A DNA stretch of 64,000 nucleotides from NCBI GenBank assembly GCA_964035545.1, contig OZ037768.1, positions 4,496,741 to 4,560,740 on the forward strand. Reading direction: 5' to 3'. Position 1 is the stretch's first letter. Each line of letters begins with the position of its first letter. Position numbers and translations under genes: made by a program. Origin of the DNA: Bugula neritina. Lineage: Eukaryota; Animalia; Bryozoa. Positions 28,658-43,000 of this stretch are shown here, one piece after another. Below the pieces are notes generated by a model. That model made no database searches. It was not told the DNA's origin and was given only the letters and a program-made list of their open reading frames with translations.

Positions 28658-28777
28658 TGTTATCGTGGCTCGTATGCACTTTTTTCTCATTTAGGTTTGC
28701 TTCAGTATTTTTATACCTGGCAATGAGTGGGCTATCATATTTTCTTGGGTTTCATCTTGTGCTATAGTATAGGAAGT

Positions 28778-28853
28778 GACACATGTAGGGAGAGATATAT
28801 ATGTCACATGTAGGGAGGGGTATATATGTCACATGTAGGGAAGGGTATATATA
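28778..28853. repeat. Short ~24-26 bp tandem repeat (CACATGTAGGGAGRGRTATATATGT) x3 in the MTX2 3' region
   Basis: Visible tandem units. Confidence 0.75.
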
Positions 28854-31083
28854 TTCAAATAGAAATCTAGAGAAGGATTATCTTGAATTCTGTTTCCTTC
28901 TGCCTATTTTTGTTTTATGACTGCTGTGCTTTTGTGGTTTGGATAATCCATAATAGATTACTGCATTGCAAAATGTTATTACATGCTCTTTAACAGTTAA
29001 TGTATCCTCTATCTTATATGATATTGTATAATAATGTATATTACTGTATGGTAGTGCATATTATTATATGATAATGTATATTATTGTATTGTATATTATC
29101 ATTTGGTAGTATATATTACTACATAGTAATATATGTTATTGCATAATATTGCTTTTTGATTTTGCCTGTGGAATTTTGATAGTATATTTGTAATAGTTTT
29201 TACTGCTAGAAATAATTATTGTACATATCTTTGATAAAATATTTTGTAATCAAGTTTTAAGATCTGTAATATATTGTCAGCGGAGCAGGTAATATTGACA
29301 CTAATATTCTAGCTTCGAAAGCGGCTGTCTTCAGGGGAATTAGATATTGAAATCATTTCACTGCTTCCAAATGTAAAATAATATCTCAATAGAAATTCCC
29401 CAGACTTTGTGAGTTGCTGGCTGTGTATTTTTTGCCTGGTATTAATGCTGACTCTCATTCCCATGTAAGACTCAGTTTCCTTAATATTTGTTTGATTATG
29501 GTCTAATTATTCAACTAATATATTATAGCATTGTAAACATGGTATGCATGATTTGTGTCCAGTCTCAATAGTTTCCAAGAATGTAATGTAAATGATTTAC
29601 ACACAACACATGGTATTTTGGCAGGTCGTTGTTATAAGATTGTATGTCATCAGTTTCCTTGTACTGGCTGGTGGCTAGCAGTCAATTTTGGCTCAGCATG
29701 CAAAGGCTTGCACTTGTGCAGGGAGTGTTGTGCATAATTACCATTTCCTTCTACATGACAATAACCTGCTACTTATCTAGTCTTGGTAATACACAAAGCA
29801 AGGAATTAGGACTATGAGGAAGCATATCCTCCTTTCTATACTCGCTACTTCATGTAATGATTCTCACAGCCATGCAAAACAAAATAGTATAAACATATTT
29901 TACTGCTAGCTCACTTTGATGGATGATTCATGATAATTATTATATGGTTGATGAATAGACCATATTTTCCAGCATTCTGCGACATGCTGTGGTTTTAATA
30001 CATTAATTTTTACTTTTTTAGCATTTATAATTAATGAGCCAAGTGATAGAACAGGCTTTTTAGGTCATGCATGATTTTAAAGAAAACGACAATTTTTTTA
30101 AAAATATTACCGACAGAGTATAACATATTATTTTAGTTTCTACAAAATGTTAGGACCTTAATTGCTAACTTTTTTCTTTATGTTGTGGTAGCATGTAGTG
30201 GGAAGTCCTCTATATTTTAGATTTGTGATATTTATCTTTACTTGAGCACACTCATATATAGCATAATTGAAATAAAATTGATTTCTTCATAATTAGCTAA
30301 AAACAGTCCATTTTTAATTTAATAAGTACAATTTTATAATAAGAAAATTATTTCTTATAATTTTACAGACTTGATATATAAAAATGGGTTTCACCAACTT
30401 GCTAAAATATTATATTTCAAGTCTAAATAATGTTTTTTTTTGCATTCATGCAACGGTTCAAGTAACTGCCTTAAGAAAAGCTTACATTTGACAATTATAT
30501 TGAAAAATGACTACAGCATCTTAGTCATATTTCTTTGATTTAGATTTTAGGCGTTGAAGATTGCTCTGGTTTATGTTTCTTGACTAAACTTCCGAAGTGA
30601 AATGTTATCGCCCAACAAATAGTAGATCATTTAACATGGATGTTGAGAATAAAAGTTGTGTGCTAGATGTGTCATCTTATAGTAATTGCTAACAGTTGTT
30701 TTGTCTCATCCATGTTTAAGTACTTGTAATTAAATTAGGTATTTTTACCAGAAAGTGCTATAAATCTACATTAGCATAATAATAAAAGTAGTATGTGATG
30801 AAATTCATGTTTTTGTTTATGTGACATACGCCTTTGATATAATTAGAATACGGGTCATTCGACTCTGACATCATTCACCTTGGAAACCATCTAAATTTAT
30901 GGTTGCTAAGAAACAAACCTGTCAACCAAATCCGACTATGAAAGTGTTCTGATAATGACAGGATGTGACCTTAAACAGTTGATATTCGCTGCTATGTAGG
31001 CAGGTCTGATAGAGTCTTCGAATATAAAATAAGGCTAGTCACAGCCATAAACCATTTACATTTTGATCTAAACAAGAGCAACT

Positions 31084-34000
31084 ATGATTTTATTAACAGC
31101 GTGTGCTGTTTTAGTTCTTGGAAGCCAGCTTACCTTTGCTAACAAGTAAGTACACAATACTACTACGCAATACTGCTACAATACATAATCATCGTATAAC
31201 TTCACTGTTATGCATATTTTAATAATTTATTTAACTCAATCAGTTAATAAGTTTGACAGCATAATAAAATTTGTGTTTTTAGTGAGCCGGGGTATCTAAT
31301 CACAGCTCCAAACAGATTTATTCCTGAAAGACCAGAGACAGTTTGCATTGATCTCTACAATGTGGCAGATCCAACTCAAGTCCATCTCATCATTTCCTCT
31401 GTGTGGATACCGAGATCCTGGAGGAACCTACCAGAAGGTGTTCGTAATGAGACTCTTGATCAGGCCATCACACAGATATCTCCGACAGGTTGGATACATT
31501 ACTGATACATACTAGTGGTAGACATCAAGTAGCTTAGTATTTTACTTGAGCTACAGAAAATTCTGTCCTCTTTATATTTGCTGTTGGGGGTTTTTATAGA
31601 GTTATAAAATGTGAAGCAGTTGTGTACTAATACCAGGAATTGAAGTTGATTTATTTGGGTTATGCATGTATGAAAGTAATTAATGACAGCAAGTGATGAC
31701 TTTTTTACAGTATGTTAAATATTTTACACCAAGAAGCTAGAATTAGACATTCATTTGAAATTAAATGTTTCAAATTTTAATTATCTGTAACCTCAATGTT
31801 TCATCAATCAACAAAATATCTATGAAATGTATACTCACTGTAAATACACCGAATTGTCTGTGTGACCCACACTTATATACTGTATGCACCCTGACCTATT
31901 TTGAACCATATAGTGTATACTTGTATGTCTCTAGATATATTGTACATAATTATATGATACGCTTACTGTGTTTACAGAAAAGTCTAAATGTGTGACACTT
32001 ACTGTACCCAAGTTTCCAACCACTGACAGACCAGATCACCTGCTAATAGATGCCAGGGGAGTGCCACTAGCCAACACCGACACTGGCTACAGGTTCCAGG
32101 ACTCCATGAAAGTAGCGGTCCTTGGCAGGTGGTATCAAACTGACATCACCTTCATCCAGACAGACAAACCTATATACAAACCTGGACAGCTAGGTAAATA
32201 TGGGTGCAATTGTTTTAAACTTCTAACTCTGATGGTGGGCACAAGGCATTTATAAAGTTGATTTCTAACAAAGTTGCTCACTTATTTTGATCACTGGGAA
32301 TGTTCTCAAAAATATTAAAGCTGTTGCTGAACAAATTTTCAACAGATTCTTTCGAAATTAAGTGCTCAAATACTGAGCTGAAATAGTTTTGCAGAATTTG
32401 ACAATTTGATACCAAAAAATACTTTGGGGTAACTAAAGTTTACATCTGATTAGACAATCTCCTTCTTAATAACTGTCACCAGAATCACTGAAATGTCAAA
32501 TTATCTGTTCTTTTTAACCCGCCATCAGCATATCGTTAGACTATTTTCCTCGTCCAAGATTTTTTCATTTTCAAAATCATTTTCCTATGTAAAATGCCGA
32601 TGCTATCGAGGATTGGCTGGCCATAATGCCTTATCTTTTCTTTTCAAGTTATTTTTAGTGCAAGTTTGAAATATCTTATTACAGCTTCTAAATTGTTGAT
32701 TGACAGAAAATCCAAAATGTTATTTTCTAAGATGAAATGTATCTGATTTGACATCTGATACCATCAGCTTGAATATCAATAGTTTAATAAACAAATCAAT
32801 AGTTCAATAAACAAACCATTATTTGTTTACAGTAAGAATTAGAATTCTCACGCTGGACAACCGTCTTCTTCCTTCAAACGATATGGTAGGTTTTTACGTA
32901 ATAAAACATTACATCTGCCATGCCTATGAAATGTTATCTTTATATTTAATATATTATAATTGAACACAACCTGTTATAAAGTGAAACTTAATACATTTTG
33001 GTATTGTTAGCACTTGATGTTATTATAACTTACTTAATGTACTTAAACTAAGCATCTATATTCTATACTCATAATGTGACTTACCTGGGATGTTTAAATT
33101 CAATTTTAAATTAGATTCAAACTTTATTTAATTTATGTTTTGCAGATCAGCAGTGTAACTATTGAAACTCCAGCTAAGATAAGAGTAGAGCAATGGAATA
33201 ATCTCACTTTAACTAAAGGTAGGTGTTCACTCATTTCTCTCACCTTTGACTGCCTTACCATAAGTGTTACACATGCTGCAAATATTGTTGAGATCTTGTG
33301 GTTGTTGAACACAGCTGTTACCACATTATCCCAACAGGTGTAAGCACTGTCTGTTAGTTGATAGACTGACTACTTGTTTATGGTATAAAGTGTTGGTAAA
33401 ATTGCGTGGCATTTTTATTTTGACTATCGTAAACACAAAATATATTTGTAATGTGGTTTGGTGTGCTGTTTCCCAGAAAGAAAACGTACAAACGTAGCAT
33501 CTAGTTCTCAGTCTATTTCTTATTTGTGTCATGTGTATCTCTTTACATGTTAAAAGTGCATCACACTCAAAGGTGTTAGAAACTAGCTAAAGTGGTACCA
33601 GTTTACTAAAATTGCCACGTAAAGCATATCATATACATACATATGGATATTCAAAGAGATTAATAATATATACATGTATTAGTGATAAATCACCTTTTTA
33701 TGGCTCATTTCAGGGTTGGCACTGAGTGTATTATAAACTTGACTAACCATCTTGTATTTGGGTCATTGAATTCTTAATATGCTGGCAATGGTCAATGTTT
33801 TGGCCATAAAAAGAAAATGATATGGAAACAGTATACAATAAAAAACACATCAGCATATTCTGAAACCTTCAACTATATTTATTTTTACATAGAATACTTT
33901 ATTTCTTTCATGTAGGTATGGCACAGTTAGAATTCCAGCTTCACGATGAACCAGAAATGGGAAATTACCAAATAAAAATGAGAAGAAATGACAAAGATGT

Positions 34001-37000
34001 TTCCGAAACATTTGAAGTCAAAGAATATGGTGAGTATATACGTCACAACACTGGTAACCATGGAGATTCTATTTTATTAGCTGTTATTCATAAAAATATA
34101 ATGTTGAATGATATAAGCTGTTAGATTTAGCTGTAAGTAATATTACTAAAGTAACATCCAGCTTAACGCACATTAAAACCCCTGGATTAGTTGAACTAAA
34201 TGTTTTTCTGGGTTGTTTGGTCTTTATGTTGTCATATTTAATCCTAAGATTAACTCGTTGTGATTAGTGAATCTAAGATCTGTAAGTTCTGTACTTGTAT
34301 TCTATTGTTTTTATTTTCAGTTCTTCCCAAGTACGAAGTGACAATTGAACCACCTAAATACATCACCTTCCAAACTGAAAGAGTAATTGCTAAAGCCTGT
34401 GCCAAGTAAGTCTCGGTTTCTCCTTTCTATAACTTTTCACTTTTATTTTAGAAGCTCTATTTGCATGTTAATATTGATTTCATTTCTTCATAATATGGCT
34501 GGCTTCTTCGTGATATGAAGATAATTATCACAAACTTACGTCTTTACTGCATTCATTCAAAACATAATTTTTTTTATAATTTTGCAACACCTGACTTGTA
34601 CAGGTATACGTTTGGTCAGCCTGTCAAAGGTGTATTGGAAGGCAGTGTGTGTGTCAAAGAGAGAACTCACTATTTCCGCTTCAAGAGATCTTCACCTCTC
34701 ATCATAGACCCCTTCATAGGAGCTCCTGGACCTGTTGATCCAAATCCTGCCGGCAATTCCTATTGTACTCTTATAGAGGAGCCTGTAAGTTCTGAAATAT
34801 TGATAGCAGATTACATAATAGAGTTCATTGGTGTCTGTAAAAGCTAGCTTGCTTTAAGGAGATTTGAAGTGTTTGTGATTATTTAGAAAAAATGAATTGA
34901 ATTAGTTTTTAAAATTTCGTAACTGCAACTATTTTATCACTGTGGTTGAACTATATGATGATAGCAATGAACTGTGAACTGTGAACTGTGAACTGTGAAT
35001 AGCTGAACTGTGAATAGCTGAACTGTGAATAGCTGAACTGTGACTAACTAACTATGACTAGTCACTGTTTAACTATGACTATAGTCTCTATCCAACTAGT
35101 AACTAGTAAGTGTGACTAAAGTTTTAATGATTTAATTTTATTAACAGTTGGTGGATGGCTGCTACACTATCAACGTGAGTAGAAGTGATGTTGGCTATGA
35201 CAGGTATTCTACCTTCCAATATGGAGTTAGGTTAGAAATAGAAGGACGGGTTAAAGAGCAAGGCTCAGGTGGGTTAACTGTTTCAACAATTGAATATTAT
35301 TTTATATATCTCCCATGTACCATTATATACTATTCTATATATCCCCCCATATACCATTATATATTATTCTATATATCCCTCCATATACCATTATATATTA
35401 TTCTATATATCCCCCCATATACTATTATATATTTTTCTATATATCTCCCATGTACCATTATATATTCTATATATCCCCCAGGTACCATTAAATATTATTT
35501 TATATATGCCCGTTTTTACACTATCTTATACAGTATATCCACTATATATTATATATGATAATTGGAATAACTTCACTTTTAACCAAAACTAAATATATTT
35601 CGTTTATTTTTTATAATAAGCTATATACAAAGAATTGCAATATTATATTATTAAGTGTAAATCTTCAATTTCAAATGTTTATTGCTGGCTTGCGATTTAC
35701 TAATCAACCGTTCACATGTTTATAATATGTATGTGTTTACGATTTATGAAGCTGTTTAAATACTGTGTTCATCTGGTTTGTATTTTCATATTTTCTAGGA
35801 GTATATCTGAATGCTTCAGGACATACTCTTTACTTTCAGCAATACAATATTAAACTTAGCTTAGAAGGTCCATCGAAATTTAAGCCCGGTTTACCATATA
35901 ATGCAAAGGTGAGTTATTACGCTTGCATGCTTTCAACACCATTCAATTGTTTCCATTCATATTTCAAAGTTTTGTGTTATTTTCACGTTTTACGGTTTTT
36001 TCAGGTAGTTGCCAAGAGACTAGATGGAAAACCAGCTGCGCTAGAGCCAATAGAAATAACTATTAACAATTGGGGAGTCAATGGACGTTATAGTAAGAGT
36101 TACGTCACAGATTCAGCTGGAGAAGTGAAGTTCAGTATCCCACCCGTAGCGCAGGATCTGCCAAACTATAGCATTCAGGTACAGAGGCTATAGAATTGTA
36201 TAACCTGCAATGTTTGTAATCACTGTTGGTGATAGCATGTGTTCCAGCTATATATGAACTCTGATTCTCTTTTAACAGGCCAGAGCCACGGCATACAACT
36301 CTTCCTTCTGGAGCTGGAATAGCCCGAGTGCCTACCTGTACGTTGAGGGCTGGTACTCTCCATCAGGTTCCTTCCTACAGATTATTCCCAACACTGAAAC
36401 TCTTACCTGTGGCTCCCAGGCTACATTCAAGATTCAGTATACTACAAGCATAGCCTTAGATACAAAACTTCAGTATCAGGTAATACAGCTTTTTAAATCC
36501 TCACCTATCTCTACTCTGTCCTGTTTGGGTAGAGGGAATACAAATTTATAATTATTATAACATTATTTCGTCACACATCTTACACTTAGTTGATTGTTTG
36601 TAAAAACCCTTCTGGATTGAATTATGCAGGTGGTTGGACTGGCAGATATCGCTGATACTGGGTATAAAGCTGTTAGTTTGAACCTGAACACTGCAGTGAC
36701 TGAGCCAGACACTGAGGATGTGTGGGACCGCAGTCCGCGCCCCCGCTGCTTTTACTACTGGTACCGCTGCGTCTATGAGTCAGGTCAGTCACTCTACTAA
36801 GTCATTGTGCTAATACGTTTCTCACCAGTTCTCATCATTCCCCACGGTTTCTCACTGTATTCATTTTATTCCTTGCAGATAACAGTGAGAAATGTGAACA
36901 CATTAAATGTCAAAATAATTGTACATTTTAGTATTCAAAGTGACAACTAACTACAGTCTCAATAAGAAGAAATAAATTAGCATTATTGTGTTACTAATAC

Positions 37001-40000
37001 AACTGATTAGCTGATGAGTTGTTTTCTTTATATACAGAAAGTCCGGCAGACACCACTACTACTACCACGCCTGCTCCTACTCAGTTGGTTACGGCTACAC
37101 ACAAAGGAACACTGACTCTAACTGTAGATGTCACTGCAGAGATGTCTACAACAGGCAGACTTGTTGTTTATTACATTAGGCCAGATGGAGAGGTCGTTGC
37201 AGATGGAATAGACTTCAAAGTAGAGGAATGCACCAACAATAAGGTGAGAATGTGTAATTACTGCTGAACGTGAACTCAATTTTTGTAGCATGTGTTTACT
37301 ATGTTTTTAGTTTCAACTATTGGCAAATGATAAAATATTGATATTTGTTTAAAGGCTGAGATGAGATTCAGTAAGGCTGAGGCTAGACCCGGAGAGCCAA
37401 TAGACATCAAGTTTACAGCGAGTCCAGACTCGTTGTGTAGTTATGGTATAGTAGACAAGAGTGTGTTCTTAGAGGGCGGAAACAACCAGCTTAGTCTGTC
37501 TACAGCCCTTAATCGTATACAAAGTTTGGCTCTCAGAGAATGGTCTGGGTGAGTTTTTATTGGATAGAGTTTTCGCCATAATAATTTACAATGTTAGCCT
37601 ACATGTTTTGTGTATGTTAATTTTTTCAATGCTTTATTTGAATTAAAAATATAGTTATTTTATATGCCACAACCTGGTGGCATATGAAGAGTATAGTGAT
37701 TATATAAAATATATTGTATTTGTATTGTTTTTAGAATATACGTCTCTCAAACTGCACACTGCGGTGATGTACCTAAAAATGGTGAGTCCAAAGCAACATT
37801 AACTATGCTGCGACATCTAATAACAATGGGCATTGTGGTTCTATTGTTTGAAATTTAAATTATTATTAGTTTTCAACGATATATTTTTATAGTATGGCTA
37901 TTATATTTTAGAATCTCACTATTTCTACTGGTCTGTGCCATACGATGATTCAAGTGAGGGTTTCAAGACAGCTGGGCTCTCCACAATGACTAATCTTAAT
38001 CTCAGAACAAGTCCTTGCAACCTCAAAAGCTACATACGCTGTATGTTATATTCTAGTTTATGTGTTGTTAGCTGAATATCTATGTCATTGAATGCTATTA
38101 AATTTATTACAGGTTGAAAATTGCTTTCCCTATTAGTTTAACATTTTTCTATTTTCAAAATTTTAGACCAGTTTAGGGCAAAATCAGCATCAAATGGAAA
38201 TTCAAACAGTTTTTCATCTGCTGGTGCACCTGGAGCACCTGGTTTTGATGGCAGTGAAGCTGTCTTGTCAAATACTGCTGCTAGAGATGGTGCCCCAGCA
38301 CCAGCCCCAGCGCCAGATGTAACTAAAACCGTGAGGACATTTTTCCCTGAAACATGGCTGTGGGACTTGGTAGATGTAAAGTGAGTTACTGGCTGGTGGT
38401 CAGTGTGGAGGGGTGCTTATCGCTTACGGTGTAGGGTGCTTATGTCATTTCCTGTATTTAGATTGGTACAGAACCTCAAGCCGCAGGTTCGACTCTCCTG
38501 AAGTTGCCATGATGCCAGCAGTAGCTTCGATGGGAGACCCAATCATGTCTCGAGCTGGAAGTATAATGGATGACGACTTCTCTTCTGAAGACCCTATTAC
38601 TCAAACTGTTAGAACATTTTTTCCTGAAACTTGGTTGTGGGATTTGTTAGATGTTGGGTGAGTGGGAAACTGCTCTGTCATATGGAGGGAAACTTGCTTT
38701 GCTCTTAATAATAACGTCTGCTTTCATGTTTGTAATTAGTAACAATTATTATATATGGTAATGGTTAATGACTAATTTCATCTGTATGCTTTGGTCAAGA
38801 TTGCTACTAGAGTCATTGCCCGTTGTAACTGCGCATTTACCAGATCTATGTAAGCAATTGCTAGATATCTAGGTTGTATTTTTGCTGAAAAGAAAAAATT
38901 TGATAAAATCATGCCGGTTCTAAAATACAGTAACATGTGTAACATATGTGGCTTATAATAAATAAAGACAGCAAAAAAGTGCTTTGCTTTCAAATTTTAC
39001 CAAGATTTTTAATGAAATTTATAAGCTTGAAGTTAATATTTAACAGGTTATAAATATGTAATTTACAGTTTTAAAGCAAAAAAAACCTAGCACTATTGAT
39101 AAATTAATATAAGACCTAGCATACAGGTGGTAACTAATAATTATCAAGTCAAGGGTGGAACTGGGCATAATATTTGTGTTGAATTACTATATACTAGCTT
39201 GTCTATTGTATGTTATACTACTATTATATTTACTTCAATAATTCTCTGTATCATCAAACTGTTTATCTCTGCTTGTGATTACTCACTATCTGACTTCAAG
39301 TGTTGGATCTGTTTGATTTCTAGAGCATCTGGTGAAGCTACGGTACCATCCACTGTGCCAGATACTATTACTGAGTGGGTTGGTAATGCTGTCTGTATGA
39401 GTGATGCTGACGGAATAGGAATATCTCCACCAGCTTCCTTGATAGCTTTCCAGCCTTTCTTTGTATCAATGAACTTACCGTATTCAGTTATTAGAGATGA
39501 ACAAGTACCAGTAGCTGTGACTGTCTCCAACTACCTCTCCAAGTGTATGGCTGTAAGTTAACAGAACATCTCAAGTTTTCACCTCATTGTTATGACAGCA
39601 GGTTGAAGCTACTTTCACACTGTAGGACTGTTTTAATCATCATTAACCACCTATAATGAATCATGTCTTTTCTGGTTCTCTACATACTTATGAACACAAC
39701 TGTTGGGATACGCTAATACCCCCCCCCCTTCCTCGCACCTAATCGCTAGGATTTGTGTCATAAAAACCATTGTTTTTGTTTAGTATATTGTTTATTTTTG
39801 TGGTGTGGTAAACTTATCAATTTTTGTATATCATACAGATTTAAAAAAACTTTTTGTTAGCATAAGTATATCACATTTGCAGGTGTCATTGAGTATAAAC
39901 CCATCTACAGAATATGACATCAAAGGCAAACCTTCAGGGTTCACCTGTGTATGTGGTCAAGATACTGCTACTAAGACTTTTACTATCATCATGAGAGAAA

Positions 40001-43000
40001 TTGGTGATGTCAACGTTTCTATTACTGTAAGTTTTATTTGTTTACTCCTATAACATACAGCAATCAGTTTATGTATGATGTTAATAACAGTGCTGTATGT
40101 TGTACATGTTGCATATATTATATATTAATTGTAATACTACTGTATACTATAAATGTGTGTGTATATAACGATCATAATATTTAGTCGTTACTGTATATAG
40201 TGTGTATGCAATTTCTATAAAATATTTACCTGCTGTATCTTAGGCTGAGGTTGTAAACAATCCCTCAATATGTTCCGGAGCTGAAATGTCTTCTCGTATC
40301 GGGATGAGTGACACTGTAATCAGACCTCTGATTGTTGAACCTGAAGGAGCTCCCAGAGAGTATACAATCAGTGACTTTGTCTGCATGACTAGACCAGATA
40401 CAGGTAAGTTGTCTGCATAAAGTATGGCAAAATAGAGTTGAGTTTGTCCACAATTCAGTTAATTGGTTTATTACGTTCACTACATTCAATATTGATAATA
40501 TTTATTTGTGAAGTTCTGAGAATTAAAAGTGAAAATATATTTTAGTGGTCAATCAAATATGATATTTAGTTTTTGACTATATATTTCTTTACTAATTGTT
40601 GTCATCTTTTAATTTTGAGAGTTAAGAAATATATCAGTAGTAGAGGGGTGTGACAGGTGTTGGTTTTGAGAGTATTCACCTGTAGTCTGAGCACTAATTA
40701 AATTCTGTAGTTATTTTTAAACTCTTTCTTTTAAGAGTTGATCATACTGATTAAGAGTTTAAAGTTTTTGAAGCATCAACTTGCAGCTATGAATAATTAT
40801 TTCTATATGTTATAGAATCTTCAAGTGGCTCAGTCACTGAGAACTACGCACTCTCTCTCCCTGACCCTGAAAATCTAGTTGAAGGTTCTGAGCGAGCATT
40901 TGTCAAAGTGGTTGGGGACGTCATGGGCCCTGCCCTCACCAACTTTGAGCGTTTATTGAGAATGCCATATGGCTGCGCTGAGCAGACTATGGTCTCGTTT
41001 GCTCCCAACATATTTGTACTCAAGTACCTTGAAGCTATCAATAAAGACAATGGGGATGTGAGAACCAAGGCTATTAGATACATGAAGTCAGGTATGTAGA
41101 TTCTATCAATTTACTAATGCTTCTTAAGTAAATTAAACCTTTATGAATAATCAGTCGCAATGTTCAGATTTCAAAGTATAATCCGTGTCAATATTTTTCA
41201 AGGATATCAAAGAGTGCTGACTTATGCACACAACGACCAGTCCTACAGCTCCTTCGGCACTTCTTCACCTGAAAAGCCAGGCAGCATGTGGCTGACCGCT
41301 TTCGTTGTCAAATGTTTCGGACTGGCACAGCCCTACATCTACATTGATAAATCAATCCTGTCTAAGAGTATAGATTTCTTTGTTGGACACCAGGATGACG
41401 ATGGCTGTTTCCCTCAGGTTTGTTGTTTTACTTTTGCTTGGACAGCTTTAGAAGTAACATAGAAGTTAGAGAAGAGAGTATGCTATACATGTTGACCCTG
41501 CTTATGCTAGACTATTGACAGCTGTTGTTATTGGTGTTGTAGATTGGTACAGTACACAACAAGTATATGCAAGGGGGATTTGGACAGTCTAGGAATAATA
41601 CTAACAAAGCAGCACTCACAGCATTTGTAGCCATTGCAATGCTAGAGTCAGGAGTAGAGAGAACAGAGCAGTCACTAGTCAATGCATTCAGATGTATTGA
41701 TCAACAGACATATGATGATGCCTACACACTATCTATAGTAGCCTATGCTTACTCCATATTTGATGATTCCACTGTGGGGGCGGTTAATACCTATCGCAGA
41801 CTGATGAGCATGGCTAAAGGTAAGTAAAGTGTCTAATTTATTTTGTAAGTTTTAGCTAAAGGTTAGTGCTGCTATTGAAAGTTTTATGGAAGTTTTTTCA
41901 TACTTGTAAACCTTAAAAATACAAACGCTAGCTTTTCTCTGTAAGTCAGGTTTTGCTAGTCAGCTATTAAATGTATTGGTTGTCATTGCAGTTATTCTTT
42001 CCATGTTCCAGTTGATGGATCTTTAACATATTGGAAAGCCAACGAGAACGAGCCAGAAGAGCCAGTAATACACTGGTGGTACTACAGGCCCAGATCTGCT
42101 GACACTGAGACCACAGCGTATGCCCTGCTTACCAAACTCAACACCAGACTCTCTGTCCAGCAGAAGATCTCTGAAGGTCTTCCTATAGTCAGATGGCTCT
42201 CCACGCAGAGAAACCCGTGGGGAGGGTTCGGATCTACCCAAGATACGGTCATTGGTCTACAGGCTTTATCTGAATACGCTTCACTCATCTATCACGATGG
42301 ACTTCAAGCTTCTATCGTAGTTTCGGAAACTGCAACAAATAACCAAGTTGCTACGTTTGAATTGAATGACGTCAACAGTTTTGTTGAATTTACTGAGAAA
42401 ATTCCAAGGGTTACAAATCTCACACTGAGCTCTACAGGCAAAGGATGTTTCCTTATGCAGGTTAGTCTTTCTCAGTGATAAGATGTCATTGAACTTTGTA
42501 CAAAACAAAAATTAGGAGTTTTCATTACATAATAAAAGTTGACCTTCTGATACAGCTTTCGCAATACCGTTTCAAATCTAGTAAACCTAAAGGTCAACTT
42601 TTTTTACCGCTAGCAATAGTCAACTTCCAGCTTAAGGAAATTGCCACAAACATACATATGGTGTTTACGATGTTGAATTCATTACATATATCGCATGTTG
42701 TTATTTTCACTGACAAGTATGTAAAATTTTTGCAGGAATATTTAATTCTTATAATGTTGTAGACAAATGTGAGGTACAACATAAACCAACCTGATAAATC
42801 TCGTCAGCCATTCCGCACAACCGCCAGAGTGTTCAGAAAGAGAGGGTCACCTGAAGCATGCAAGAACAGGCAACTCCGTATCTGCACCAAGTAAGTTCAG
42901 CTTTACTTGATTATTAATTGTGTGATTTTATTTATATTATGTTGTTAGTTATAGTATGTTAGTACAAGATGCACTACTAGGCCAACTCTGTGTATAGCAA

